From the NCBI GenBank assembly GCA_973895155.1, contig OZ316891.1, positions 28,711,145-28,775,144 on the forward strand: 64,000 bases of DNA, read 5' to 3'. Positions 12,973 to 24,248 of the stretch are shown here, in pieces. This DNA is from Marsupella aquatica (taxonomy: Eukaryota; Plantae; Marchantiophyta). The translations under genes were made by a program, and so were the position numbers. The notes under the pieces were generated by a model. That model ran no database searches, was not told the DNA's origin, and saw only the letters and a list, made by a program, of their open reading frames with translations. Position 1 is the first letter of the stretch; every line of letters starts with the position of its first letter.

Positions 12973-14220
12973 TTTAGGATTAGGATCAGGACCAGGAGCG
13001 GCCCTGAGACTTAGCTTAGTGGGATTGCGGTTCCACTGGTAGGAGCAACACTTGTGCTCCTGCCTTGCTGTACATAGGTAGTTTCGGGCAGGTAGATTAC
13101 TGTTAGGTAGATTAGGCTTACGCTGCAAAGAATTAGGCGGATCCACTACCAAGATAAGTACCTGGGCAGCGGGGAGCTCAGGGCCTCTTCCTTAGCAAGT
13201 TTTTAGTTTGCACCAGCCGGGCTGGGATCAAGTAGTAAGAGAAGCTCTCGGTTAGTCATACCGTGACCTTGTGTATATTCATGTTTCCTCATGCCTAAGA
13301 GCTAAATAGAGTTGGCCTCACGGCTTAGTTCGCAAAGCTTGTGTATGAGATGTACTGTTTGTATGGCAAGTGCATGGTATGACTCAGTCAGAAGGAGTCA
13401 TTTTGCTATTTGTGTGTCGCATTAACTTGTGTGAAGAGTGCCCACATCTACCAGAAGGAAGGAAAGTAAACAAGGGAGTGAGAGTTGGATGTGTCGAGCT
13501 GAGAGAAGTCTTAGCGGCTTAACCAAGCCTATTGGGGATCATTCCAGCGGCGGAATCCAAACATACCTAACCAGAAGGAGAGGAAGACAAGGGAAGGCCT
13601 AGATTAGGCCGGCTACGTATCTCATGACCCGATGAAGGATCTGTCCAGTATATGTGGGTAAAAGGCTAATAGTAATAGTAGGAGGAGGTTAGCAGCGTCC
13701 CATGCCGCTAAGCCGTGGAAACGGCCTCGCCAAGCGCGAAACCTGCGGGAATCGGCTTGAGCTGGGGGGTTTCTTGGGTTTAGGGAGCCATGGGACGCAC
13801 CACAGGAATCAGTGTCATATAGACCTGATTGGCAGTCAAGAGATGCTTGATTGAGCAAATTTCTAGTGAGATTTAGTGGACCTGTGGGAGGCCCTAATTC
13901 AGCATATAGGCAGCATTCAGTGGTGTAATTACTAGACCTGATGATTTTATTGAGGGTAATGCGCATGCAGTAGATGTTCCACCATTGGAGGAGTCTCATG
14001 AGGAGCACATCATGCGGGGATTATCTATTGGCAGTGTTGTGCCACCAGTGTGGGGCACTGCACAGGCCTTGCCACAGGCATCAGCACGATTGGTACATGA
14101 TGCATGGCATCATGCTTTTACACCACAGTCAGGAGTAGAGCAATCTATTGTAGATGGACCGGTGACTCTTTCACCATTGGATACCATTCTTTCACCAGTG
14201 TGTTGGCAGTATCCACCGGA

Positions 14221-15085
14221 GGGTATTTGTTTGTTGGATCTTTTTGGTGGGATTAGCACTGAATTGGCTGTTGTTCTTCAGGCAAGAATTCCTGTGCGTC
14301 GTTATTTGTATGTGGAGACAGATGAGACAGCACGGAGACTCTCATTGCAACATGTGGCTATGTTGGTGGATAGATATCCACAGTTGCTGCCAGTGGATGT
14401 TGTTCATGGTTATCAGCATACCTGCTGATATTTCATTGCTGGGGGCAGATCATCTGCATCGTGTTGGCCCCATTGATTTGGTGATTGCTGGTTGGCCATG
14501 TCAGGGCCAATCTAGAGCTGGCGTTGGATATGGACTTCATAATCCATGCTCTGCATTGTTTTGGGAGATGTTACGGGTGTTGCGTCATCTCCAGCTACAT
14601 CAAACACAGTCTCCAACATACATTTTGGAGAATGTGTCATTGTTAGGTGATGATCGTAGTCGGATTGTTGCTAGTGTTCACCAGGTGAGGTCTTGGATTG
14701 GACCTGTTGTGTTATTGGATGCTGCATGTGTGGGTTCTCGTGCACATTGTCCACGCTTGTGGTGGACTAATTTGATCCCATGTGAGGTGCTGAAGTGCGC
14801 ATTTGACAGCATTCCACGCTCACCAGCCTTAGTGGTGGATGATATTTTGGATCCAGGGCGTCGTGCACAAGGTGTAATCCAACCTGATAGACCTCCATTG
14901 GCAGTGGTCAATGCAGTTGGGCGCCCACTTTGTGCATTACCCACTCTTGTAAGCCACTCTGCTTCATATGCATTCAGAGCAGGTGGTCCTGGACTTATGT
15001 GGGACACAACTCTCCAGCAATTAGTGGAACCTACTGTTGATGAGAGAGAGCATGCTATGGGATTTTTTACTAGCACCACTGCACT
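14221..15085 (+). pseudogene. DNMT3-like DNA (cytosine-5)-methyltransferase, motifs I-IX (frameshift near 14420)
   Basis: LLDLFGGI (motif I), YLYVE (II), IDLVIAGWPCQG (IV, catalytic PC), YILENV (VI), RAHCPRLWWTN (VIII, DNMT3-type RxRxxWxN), EREHAMGF (IX). Confidence 0.9.
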
Positions 15086-15628
15086 GAGGTGTTTACAAAA
15101 GGCAGTAAACAGCAAACAGAAAACTATAACAGGAACTGGTAACAGCAAAATTTCCTGTTTTGGGAGCACATTTCTCCTGGTATTGTGGCAAAATTTAAAA
15201 AACCCGTTCCTAAAATACTGATAATTATGCGATGCCGAATACTAGCGCCGGGAGTCTACAGGCAAAACAATCACAAACGCATCATAACGAATACTAGCGC
15301 CGGGTGTTCGAACCCAAAATAATGAAACATTAATCGCCCAAACATGCCGAATACTAGAGCCGGCCGCTTCTAATGCTTTGTGGAGAAAATCACGAGAACG
15401 TAGGATTGATGTTCAGGCTGAGATCCAAGTAGAAACCAAAGATTACTAATAGTCTAAGTTCAATATCAAAGCACAGAAGTAGGACTTAACCAAGGTATCT
15501 GAGTCATAACTTCTAACGGTAAATTGAAAGAAAAGAAACCCGAGATTTTTTATTTAAGTGAAACATATTGTCCTTGATGTCCAAATATTGCTACATAGGA
15601 ACACTAAAGTTTCTATTGCAATTGTAAC

Positions 15629-18600
15629 TAGCGCCAGGCGCTAATACTCCCGGTGGGTGCTTCCTCGTACAATGCCCTAGCTCGAAGTGTGACAGTCATC
15701 ATCAATCCCAGTGTCCTGACGATTTGGATCATGGCGGAAACAATCTAATCGGAAGTTGACATATGCTCTCGTGGGCCGTCGATACACTGGCCTTCCATGG
15801 AATCAAGAAGGAGAAGAACGAGAGCAATGGACTTTGAAAGAAACAATAGTATGTTTACGATCAATATTCAAACCCTAAAATTTCCCTAAGTTAGGCCAAC
15901 ATTGACCCTGAAGTATAAAATAAAAAACAAAATGAATACAATTTTTGAATATTTTTCCTTAAATGAATGTCATGATTACCGTTTCAGATTAGCGCCCGGC
16001 GCTAATATTAAATGGGAACATTTTGGTATAGTTTTAGATAATATTTGGAAAATAGATACAAACATTAGGATTTATTCTGAAACCCCGGATAAAATATTCC
16101 AATTTTATACCACAATTTAGGGTGTGGGTTTGAGTAGCGCCTGGCGCTAAACATATATTGAACCATTTTGGGTCCATGTTGGAGTGAGGATGTTTGAGTA
16201 GCGCCCGACGCTACTCAATTAAGATGATTTAATAAACATGATTATGGTCTTCGTAAATGGACATCTTATGCTCATTAGTGTAAATGTCGTTGACATAATG
16301 ACAAAAAACATTTATTGTGTCAGATGTGGTTTCGACCGGTAGTGATTATGTCGTATTCCAACGGCTCTGACAAACGGATTATTCACTATGAATACCATTA
16401 TGTGCATTCAAAGACGTCATTCATTATTGTGAATTGAGTGTTTTTGGGTTGGATGATCTTACAATGTCAAGGTCAATCGTTCTGACGCGTCCGTCTACGG
16501 GTGACCTTGTATCCATTCCATTGTCGGCCAATGACGTATACAAGCAAGTTAGTGAGAATTATCTCTGTGGGCGCTTTGGTTTGGATTTGAATGACATTGA
16601 GGACATTTTGGACGAGGGAAACGGCGATGAAACCTCTAATTTCACTGCTTCTTTTGATGTTGATGACGGGATTCGTTTTTGGCACCTGAATGCAGGAATT
16701 CGGTATTCTATTGTCATTCAAAAACTAGTCGCATCCGATCTCCCATCTTCATCCAAACCCTTTGTTGATATTGTCTTGCTTTCAGATAGCGACGATGATG
16801 GACCTTCTGGTTTGCCTGAGTCTAGTGATAAACCCCCTCACACAGTTGTTAAACAGGAGGTTACCCCTGTTAAACAGGAGGTTCGAGCAGTTTTTACCAA
16901 AAATTCCATTGTGTATCGGAGAAGTGCAATGGATACCATTCTCAAGTCAACTGGTTCCAGTGAAATCTCGAGGTTCATCGCGGCTGGGGACTTCTGCCAT
17001 GAACAAGTCGGCTGTTTGCCAAAGAAATACAATGGAAATATTGTATTCGAGTTGCCTCCTGCGGGAGCTCTTTCAAAGGGGTCACGTCTACGCGACATGG
17101 ACCGGTCGAAGGATTGCTACATCTGGACCAGAATATTTCCTACATCAGCTAATGTTCATCCCAAGAAATATTTGGAATTTGGTAAAGTAACGTGCACTGG
17201 TTCCATTGAGTGTAGGAATAATACTTGCGACTATTTTCGACGGAAGAAAAGGAGGAACCAGAAGGCCTGGGGTGGAACCCCTAAACTTGGTGGGCAACAT
17301 CGTGTTGGCTCCTTCATTGACGAAGGTGGAGTTGTTTGCCAATTTTGTGATCAAGTTCCGTTTTGTGTCCAATCTTGTCCAGCAAGGTTATTTTACATGT
17401 ACCCCCAGGTTCTAGTTGACTCAGAAACCTGTACTCACATGTCCCGCTTGGCAATTCATATGGGGATCCACAACCATCCTTCAAGAAAGGTGTTTTCTCG
17501 GAGCGCAGAGAAGATTGTTGAGGAGGTTATCAAAAAGAAATTGGAAGGAAATCCAATTTTCACTCCTGCTGGTGTAAAAAATGTGGCGACAGGGTCTTTT
17601 GTAAAGTCCTTGTGTGAAAGTGTGGAAGATATTCAAGATATTGAAGAAACCAAGATATTTGAGTCGCTCATGGTAGTTTCCACACCCCAGAAGTTTGTGT
17701 CCCTCTTTCGTAGTGTTAGACAGGACCAGAAAGGTCGAGGTGAACTAGATTTCCTTGTTCGGTATCAAAGAAATATCAACATGCCTTTCCTCCAAAGGTA
17801 CCTCCTACCAGGTCAAGGGTCTCAAGAAGACCGTCCTCACATTTTCAAGATGACTTCGATCGGCCATGGATCAGGCGTCGATCTTTTGAGACAAATGCAA
17901 CCTGGTGGAAGTCTTGAAGGTTCTTGGGTAAGTTTTGATGTGATGAAACGACTCACAAAAGACTGGGTTACTTTTAGTGCGCATATTTACGATCATAACT
18001 ATCGCGCTCTGTGTACCTTATTTACCTGCGAACTAAAAGCGGAGGATACAGAGTCGTTCGAGAAGGCTTGGAGACTAATGATTGAGGTGTCCAAGGAGAA
18101 TGGATTAGAAAATCCGATTATTCATGGATTCATGGCGGACAATGCTCAAGCTGGTTGGCTGGCAGTCCGAAATGTCTTTTTTGGAGGGCATCCAAACCTT
18201 GAGCGTGAGCGAACTGACGCATTCCATTTCTACCAAGACTTCCATCGCCATTCAGTTGAAGGAGTGATTGAAGAGAGTCAAGGAGAGCATCGCAGGCTTT
18301 GGGATAAGATGCGAAATGCCCCGACGTTTGTAGAGGCTTACAGAATTTCAAGGGAGATTGATTTGTGGTGGCAGTCGGGTAACTGTGTCCCGGGGAAGCT
18401 TCGGATGCTCCAGAGTTAGATTTCATGGTGGGTCGTCAGGTGGAGGCAATGGGGAAATTTTATTCGTTTGGTAAGTTAGTTTACTTTGCTTTCCGCTCTT
18501 TAGGTATTACTGTGCTATATTCTCATCACAAAATGTTTGTATCCATATTCAAATATTACAATACCATAGCATCCTTTAATACTAGCGCCTGGCGCTATCA

Positions 18601-20506
18601 TTTATTCAAACTGTCATATGACACAATACGACGCAATAAGTCATCCCTTAATGGACAGTGCCAGTTTTTACTTTTAGGTACAGACTGTACTTCACTAGCG
18701 CCCGACGCTAGTGTTTTCTTGTTGCATAACAGACAATTTATTCTATGTAATTGTAGAACAAGAGTGTCGAAGAAGGGGCTAAGATTCCTAATTGTACAGG
18801 ATCAGAGTCCTTGCACGCAGGTATGAAAGCATGGGTAATGAAGAAAAAGGTTGGCCTCTTTGAGGCATGTGAAATGGACCAAAATCGAGCTATTTCTCAG
18901 GTTGCTGCTTACACTGCGTATCGGAAAGGGTTGCATAGAGGAAAAGGTCCAACAATTTGGGAACTCGCTTTCCGATCAGCGGACCAGGCAGGCTCCCCCA
19001 AGTTGTATGAAGATGCAATGAATATGCTACTGTCCAATGCTGCCGAGTTTGAGTTGGAGAGACGTGCACCTCTCAATGGAGACGTTGTCACCAAATCTTT
19101 GAAGAGGAAAGGACATGCTTCTGGGAATATCTCGCCACAAGACTCCCATAGGCATGATAAAATCCTTGTCACCTCGCCCAATACTAGATCGATGAAGAAG
19201 AATCTTAATTGCACGACGTTTGATGCTATCCCTGGCCCCACGCCTCAAGTTAATCTTGTTGTTAATCTGTCTGGAAGTGACATTTCGGGCGGTGGAGAAG
19301 ATGTTGATTTCAATACCCCTCCTGCTCGAGACCAAACGCGTTCAACGAGGCTTCCCCAGACTGCTCCCTCCGTGCTTCAGCAACCGTTACAAGAGTGTCT
19401 TGTCCGTGAGACCGAGGTTGCCCCAGCTGCATGGCAATTACATCAAACTTCAAAATTTGGCGCTAGTCCTCAGTGCAACGGATCATTTTCCCATAATTCT
19501 GAAAGAGATGAGTGTCGCAATCGCGTGAAAAAAGTTGGATTTCCCTCACCACATGGTGTTATCGGCGTTGTTGTCAAAGGACAACGTATTTTCAGGGGGG
19601 AACCCATAACCGAAATGATTTGGTTTTGCCCAAACAATACATGTTACAGAAGCCGCCCTCGTCGAGGTGTATTGAACCTGCCCCCTTTCCCAGATGTTCT
19701 TCCCGTTTTGAAAGGGACAAATGTTTCGGAAGACGAGCTGCAATATCTTCTTGACAACGGAATCTCCCTAGTGCGCGGAAATGAACGTACAACTACACCC
19801 CCGTCAGATTTTGATCTTCGAATCAATGTCAATATCTTTCCAGAACATGTGAATCTTGTCGAACCCAATGTTTGTCTCCGAAGCCGGAACGGGAGGAATA
19901 CGGTTCCTCGGTCAAATCTTACCCAGGGTCACATGAACAGAATTGCGTCTGCAAAAAAAGAGACGATGTCCATTCATGGAGAGTGGGATGTTGCGATTGG
20001 GAATGCATGGGGAAAGCAGTTTAAGGTGCAAACGCACGAAAATATGTGGACGCCAAATTGTTACTTTGTTCAAATTTGCATTTTCCCCACTTGCTCGTGT
20101 GAGGATTTCTACCGGCGACATTCTCGGAAACATCCATATATGCCTTGCAAACATTTGTATTGGATTTTCCTTACCGTTTTCAAACTAGACGTTGAGGAAT
20201 CTACATTGACCAGCCAACCAATTGTCACTGTTGGAGAGGTTTGGCTCATATTAGAGAGGCAAAATGCTCATGGTTTATAGCATGAATCATGATGATATAG
20301 GTTGTATTATTGGTCCAAACGGTTATATTGATTTTGTCGTTTGTCAACGGAAAAGTGTTATTTATGTCGCGTCATGTTTTGTTAGCGCCAGGCGCTGATA
20401 ATTTTGTCGTTTAGGCTACACCATTAAATATCATCGTGTTGTGCTTGATGTTCTCAACGCCAACTATTTGTTTCCTGAAATACCGATAAGATAGCGTCGG
20501 GCGCTA
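15629..20506. repeat. Dispersed 15-bp palindromes TAGCGCCNGGCGCTA in copy A
   Basis: 15629, 15990, 16135, 16199 (upstream); 18583, 18696 (intron); 20383, 20492 (downstream); degenerate copies at 15243, 15295, 15355. Confidence 0.92.
16464..20280 (+). pseudogene. Two-exon Mutator-like DDE transposase with N-terminal GCM/WRKY-like Zn domain and C-terminal SWIM finger (premature TAG at 18417)
   Basis: Exon 1 16464-18470, GT-AG intron 18471-18756, exon 2 18757-20280. Motifs: CTGSIECxNxxC...CxxC...C...HxGxHNHP; WVSFD; GFMAD; DAFH ((C/D)xxH); NCTGSESLH (catalytic E); SWIM CSC..CKH. Confidence 0.88.
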
Positions 20507-21205
20507 GTCAAGACGTTGTTCGCTTTTATTTTGGACCATATAATACCATAAAGTTTTGGGATGCATTCATTTTGTATTATTTTTATATATTTTGTTGCCA
20601 ATTGTGGTGGGACCTACCATTTTGTGCGCATTCCTTGACATTTTTATGTATGCTCCCCCTTGTTTGTGTTGGGATATGAGGTTCAATTATTATGTGGTTC
20701 AGCGATTCATGACATGGTATCCTCCCTCACCGCAATTGACTAACTCCAACTTAAACAATTCTAAACTCCTGATTGTGTGTTCTTTCCCCTGGTACAAGAT
20801 GTTTTTTCCTGGTAACAGCATAAGATCACCCTATTCATTAAAAGTGTATTTCATTTTGTTCACTTTTTGGTCTCTAAATGTACACTTTTTAACCCCAAAA
20901 GGGACATTATAGTACAATACTCTTCACCCAAATGGTCAATTGTAAACTTAAGGGGACAAAAATGATCTTTACTAGAAGGAGTCTCATCCTAGTTCATTTA
21001 CAAAGGATGAACATGGTGGTACATCTGATGGCCATCACCTTTATTTCTTGCTCAAATATACACTTTTTGAAAGCCAAATGTACACTTTTTATTGCCCAAA
21101 TGTTCATAAATTGAATAATAATACACTTTTAATTAATAGATTGATTAAGGCAAACAGGAAAAGTATTTGTTGTTTGCCTGTTTGTTGTCTCGGTCGCTAT
21201 ACCCC

Positions 21206-21300
21206 ACTGCACTTGCCTCTTTGTCAGAGGGTTTGCGGCGCTAGGTTCTTGGTCAAGCAATGGATCTGAATTGTTTGACTTGGATTATTAGCTTGGGAGT
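21206..21300 (+). pseudogene. C-terminal end (motif X) of the DNMT3-like methyltransferase
   Basis: Reads TAL-ASLSEGLRR*VLGQAMDLNCLTWII, in frame with the 15085 break after removing transposon A. Confidence 0.85.
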
Positions 21301-21494
21301 AGTTGAACAGTTGCAGATGCGCTTTGCTAGAATTACTGATTGTCCCTTGGTGAGCTTGCATGCGGTCCACTGAGACAATACTGACCACAGTTAGGGGTGA
21401 GCAGACAGTCCATGGACCTATGGCAGGATTGGCCAAGGCTGGACAGATTGTTGAGCAAGAAGGGACTGCTCAATCTACTGCTAAATAGCAATCA

Positions 21495-23062
21495 TTGGCT
21501 ATCTCTTCTACCCTAAAAAGAGATATTAGGGATTTGGTGGAGAGTTGGGAACCACAGCTTGGCCCTAAGTTGACAGGGGAGGAGAGACGTAGCATGCATC
21601 GATTCCTGAAGAGTTACTGGAATTGTTTTGCATTTAGCATGAAGGATTTGGGGACATTAAAGGGCCCTGGTATTCAGATTGAATTGGCTCTGATTCAAAG
21701 CAGAACTCAAGATTTGTTGGAGGCTGGATTGGTGGAGATTTCATATGGGGAACTGTATGCATCTGCCATAGTGATGCCAGCCAAGAAAGATGTGCATGGC
21801 AATTACATAGATAGGCGCATGTGTGGTGATTACAGACCTATTAATCGCCTGACAAAATCTGATCGATATGCCATGCCCACACCTGAGGAGATCTTTGATG
21901 TTGTGGGGCATGCAAAGGTTTTCAGTTCATTGGATGGGTACCATCAGCTTCCAATTAGGCATGCTGACAGGTCCAAGATAGCATTATGGGGGATTGATTC
22001 TTATGGCAAAGATCATTTGTATTAGTGATTATTCTTACCATTTGGGTTGAAGAATGCACCAGCTGAGTTTTTAGAGAGTCATGGATTGAATCCTTGCAGG
22101 TTTGGATTTCAAATGTCAGATGTTATATTGATGATATTTTGGTCTATTCTTCTACTGTGGAAGAACATCAGCAGCACTTGCAGATTGTGTTGGAGAGATT
22201 GAGAGCACATGGGTTGAAGCTCCATCTTGGCAAGTGCAAGTTCTTCCAAGACCAGATTGAGTATTTGGGCCACACTATATACCCAGGGGGATTGGGTGTA
22301 CAGTAGACTAAAGTGGAGGCCATTACACAGATTTCTCGTCCTACTGATGTGAGCAGAGTTCATGCATTCTTGGGATTGGTGAGCTACTACAGGAGGTATG
22401 TTAAAGGATTTAGCCAGCTTGCTAAACCTTTAACCATACTCACTAAGTTGGATCAGGAATGGACTTGGGGTGATGACCAAGAGCATGCCTTTCAAGAGTT
22501 GAAGCAAAGGTTGGCATCGTCCCCTATTTTGAGAAGACCCATTTCAGGCAAACCATTTTAGCTACACACTGATTGGAGTGGAGTAGGACTTGGAGCATTG
22601 CTAACTCAAAAAGATGATGAAGGGCATGAGTTTGTTGTGGCATATGCCAGTAGATCAAACAATTCAGCAGAGGCTAAGTATAGCTCTTATGAGGGAGAGT
22701 GTTTGGCAGCAGTGTGGGCTATGGCACACTTCCGCTGTTAGTTTTTTGGTAATCCTTTCACTTTGATCACTGATCATCAGCCTCTCAAGTGGTTAATGGA
22801 GTCTGACAAACTTACTAGGAAGCTTGCAAGATGGGCATTGTTGTTGCAAGAATATGATTTCCAGGTTGTACATAGACCTGGAAAGGTGAACTTGGATGCA
22901 GATGGGTTGAGCCGCAACCCATGTACCACTCAGCAGGATGAGACTGGAGCCAGATGGCATGATGAGTCAGATAAGGAGATGGTGCCAGGATGGCATGCAT
23001 CTGCATTTCTTTGTTGGGTGCCAGCATACAGTGGATCTGTGGACTCTACCTCATTGGATGGA
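21495..23062 (+). pseudogene. Ty3/gypsy reverse transcriptase + RNase H (multiple stops and frameshifts)
   Basis: [69 protein letters not shown]. Confidence 0.92.
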
Positions 23063-23240
23063 GGGGTATACTAACAATGTTAGGAAAAAGGAGAAATTTT
23101 ACTGTTATTAGGAAAAAAACTCCTGATATAAGGAAAATTTGTGCAATTTTTGGGATAAATTGTCCTCATATGTTCCCTTTGCAGCAATGTAATTAAGCCA
23201 GGATAACAAGAATATATCCTCGCTAGCAATATTAACATAT

Positions 23241-23399
23241 TAATATGGATTAATCATGGACATTCAATACACCAGCAAGCTCACTTCCTTCATTGCATTG
23301 TGGGAGTGGAAATCTCTCCCTATGTAGTACATGGTATGGCGGTTATGTAACCTCCTATGTTCTAGGGTAAGTAGGGTTAGGGTTTTGTCCCTTATAACA
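23241..23399 (-). repeat. Copia 3' LTR (159 bp, TG...TA termini)
   Basis: Identical to 29275-29433; preceded on the minus strand by the PPT at 23400-23409. Confidence 0.95.
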
Positions 23400-24248
23400 C
23401 TCCCCCTTGGTTGAATGAAAAATATTTCAAACAACCATAAAAGTATGGGGAAAAACTAACCCTTGTAATGATATGTCTATTATTTGGCCAAAGTGTAGTA
23501 TGGTCTCATTAAAACCATGCTTCAATCATGGGAAGAGTGCCACTACTATTACATGGTCTAAGGCCAAAAATGAAATATATCAAAGAATTATAACGATAAG
23601 TAGTTTGTATCTGTAAAAGTAAATCTAAGTTCTATTGACTATTGAGTGTAAGGCTAAGTGTAAAAAGAAGTTTACAGACTAGGTATGCATTCGATAGTCT
23701 CCTTCGTGAGTTGAAGCTTGAACTTCGAGGTAATTGATGGGAACGGGAAATCGGAGATTGCTCTGTGATCAGATGTTGCTGCGCGGCAGTGCTGAGGTAG
23801 AATGTGGATGGCTATTGAGTCAAGAAGTTGAGTCGAGAAGTGGCGATTGAGTCGTTGTTGGGGTCGACTGCTGCTACTTCCGTTGTTCGCGGTTGTGCGC
23901 CCAGGGTCCTGGAGTTTGGCGTCGTCCTGCGCTTGGTTTGTTCGGTGCAATAACTCGGTCATAATCAATAAAGCTTGGACGGTAAGAAGATGTTGCGCTT
24001 ATGTGTGATTAAGTGCGAAAATGAGTTGGTTGCTAGTTGACGTCTATCTCTCTCGATTCTTGATTTGTAGATATATCCTGAGCTCGGCTCTGTTATTCAG
24101 CTTGCGGATGAGCATAAGTCAAATGTCGAGTGACAGAATGGTAGTAGAGTATATCGCTGGTTATCTATAGATATTCGAAACTGTAGCCTGTGTGTAAGAA
24201 ATATTGAGATATTCATGAATGCGCTGCATCAATAATGTCAGTTCCGAT

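Larger units (their letters stand above)
15086..21205 (+). mobile_element. MULE-like DNA transposon copy A, both ends present, 8-bp TSD ACTGCACT
   Basis: TSD at 15078-15085 and 21206-21213; removing the insert restores the DNMT reading frame. Termini GAGGTGTT...TATACCCC with only a degenerate ~40-bp TIR. Confidence 0.92.
12973..23062 (+). mobile_element. Decayed Ty3/gypsy retrotransposon carrying a C5-cytosine methyltransferase upstream of RT; interrupted by a DNA transposon at 15086-21205 and cut at 23062
   Basis: DNMT motifs followed by RT and RNase H on the same strand. The left boundary and LTR are not resolved, and integrase is not visible. Confidence 0.8.
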
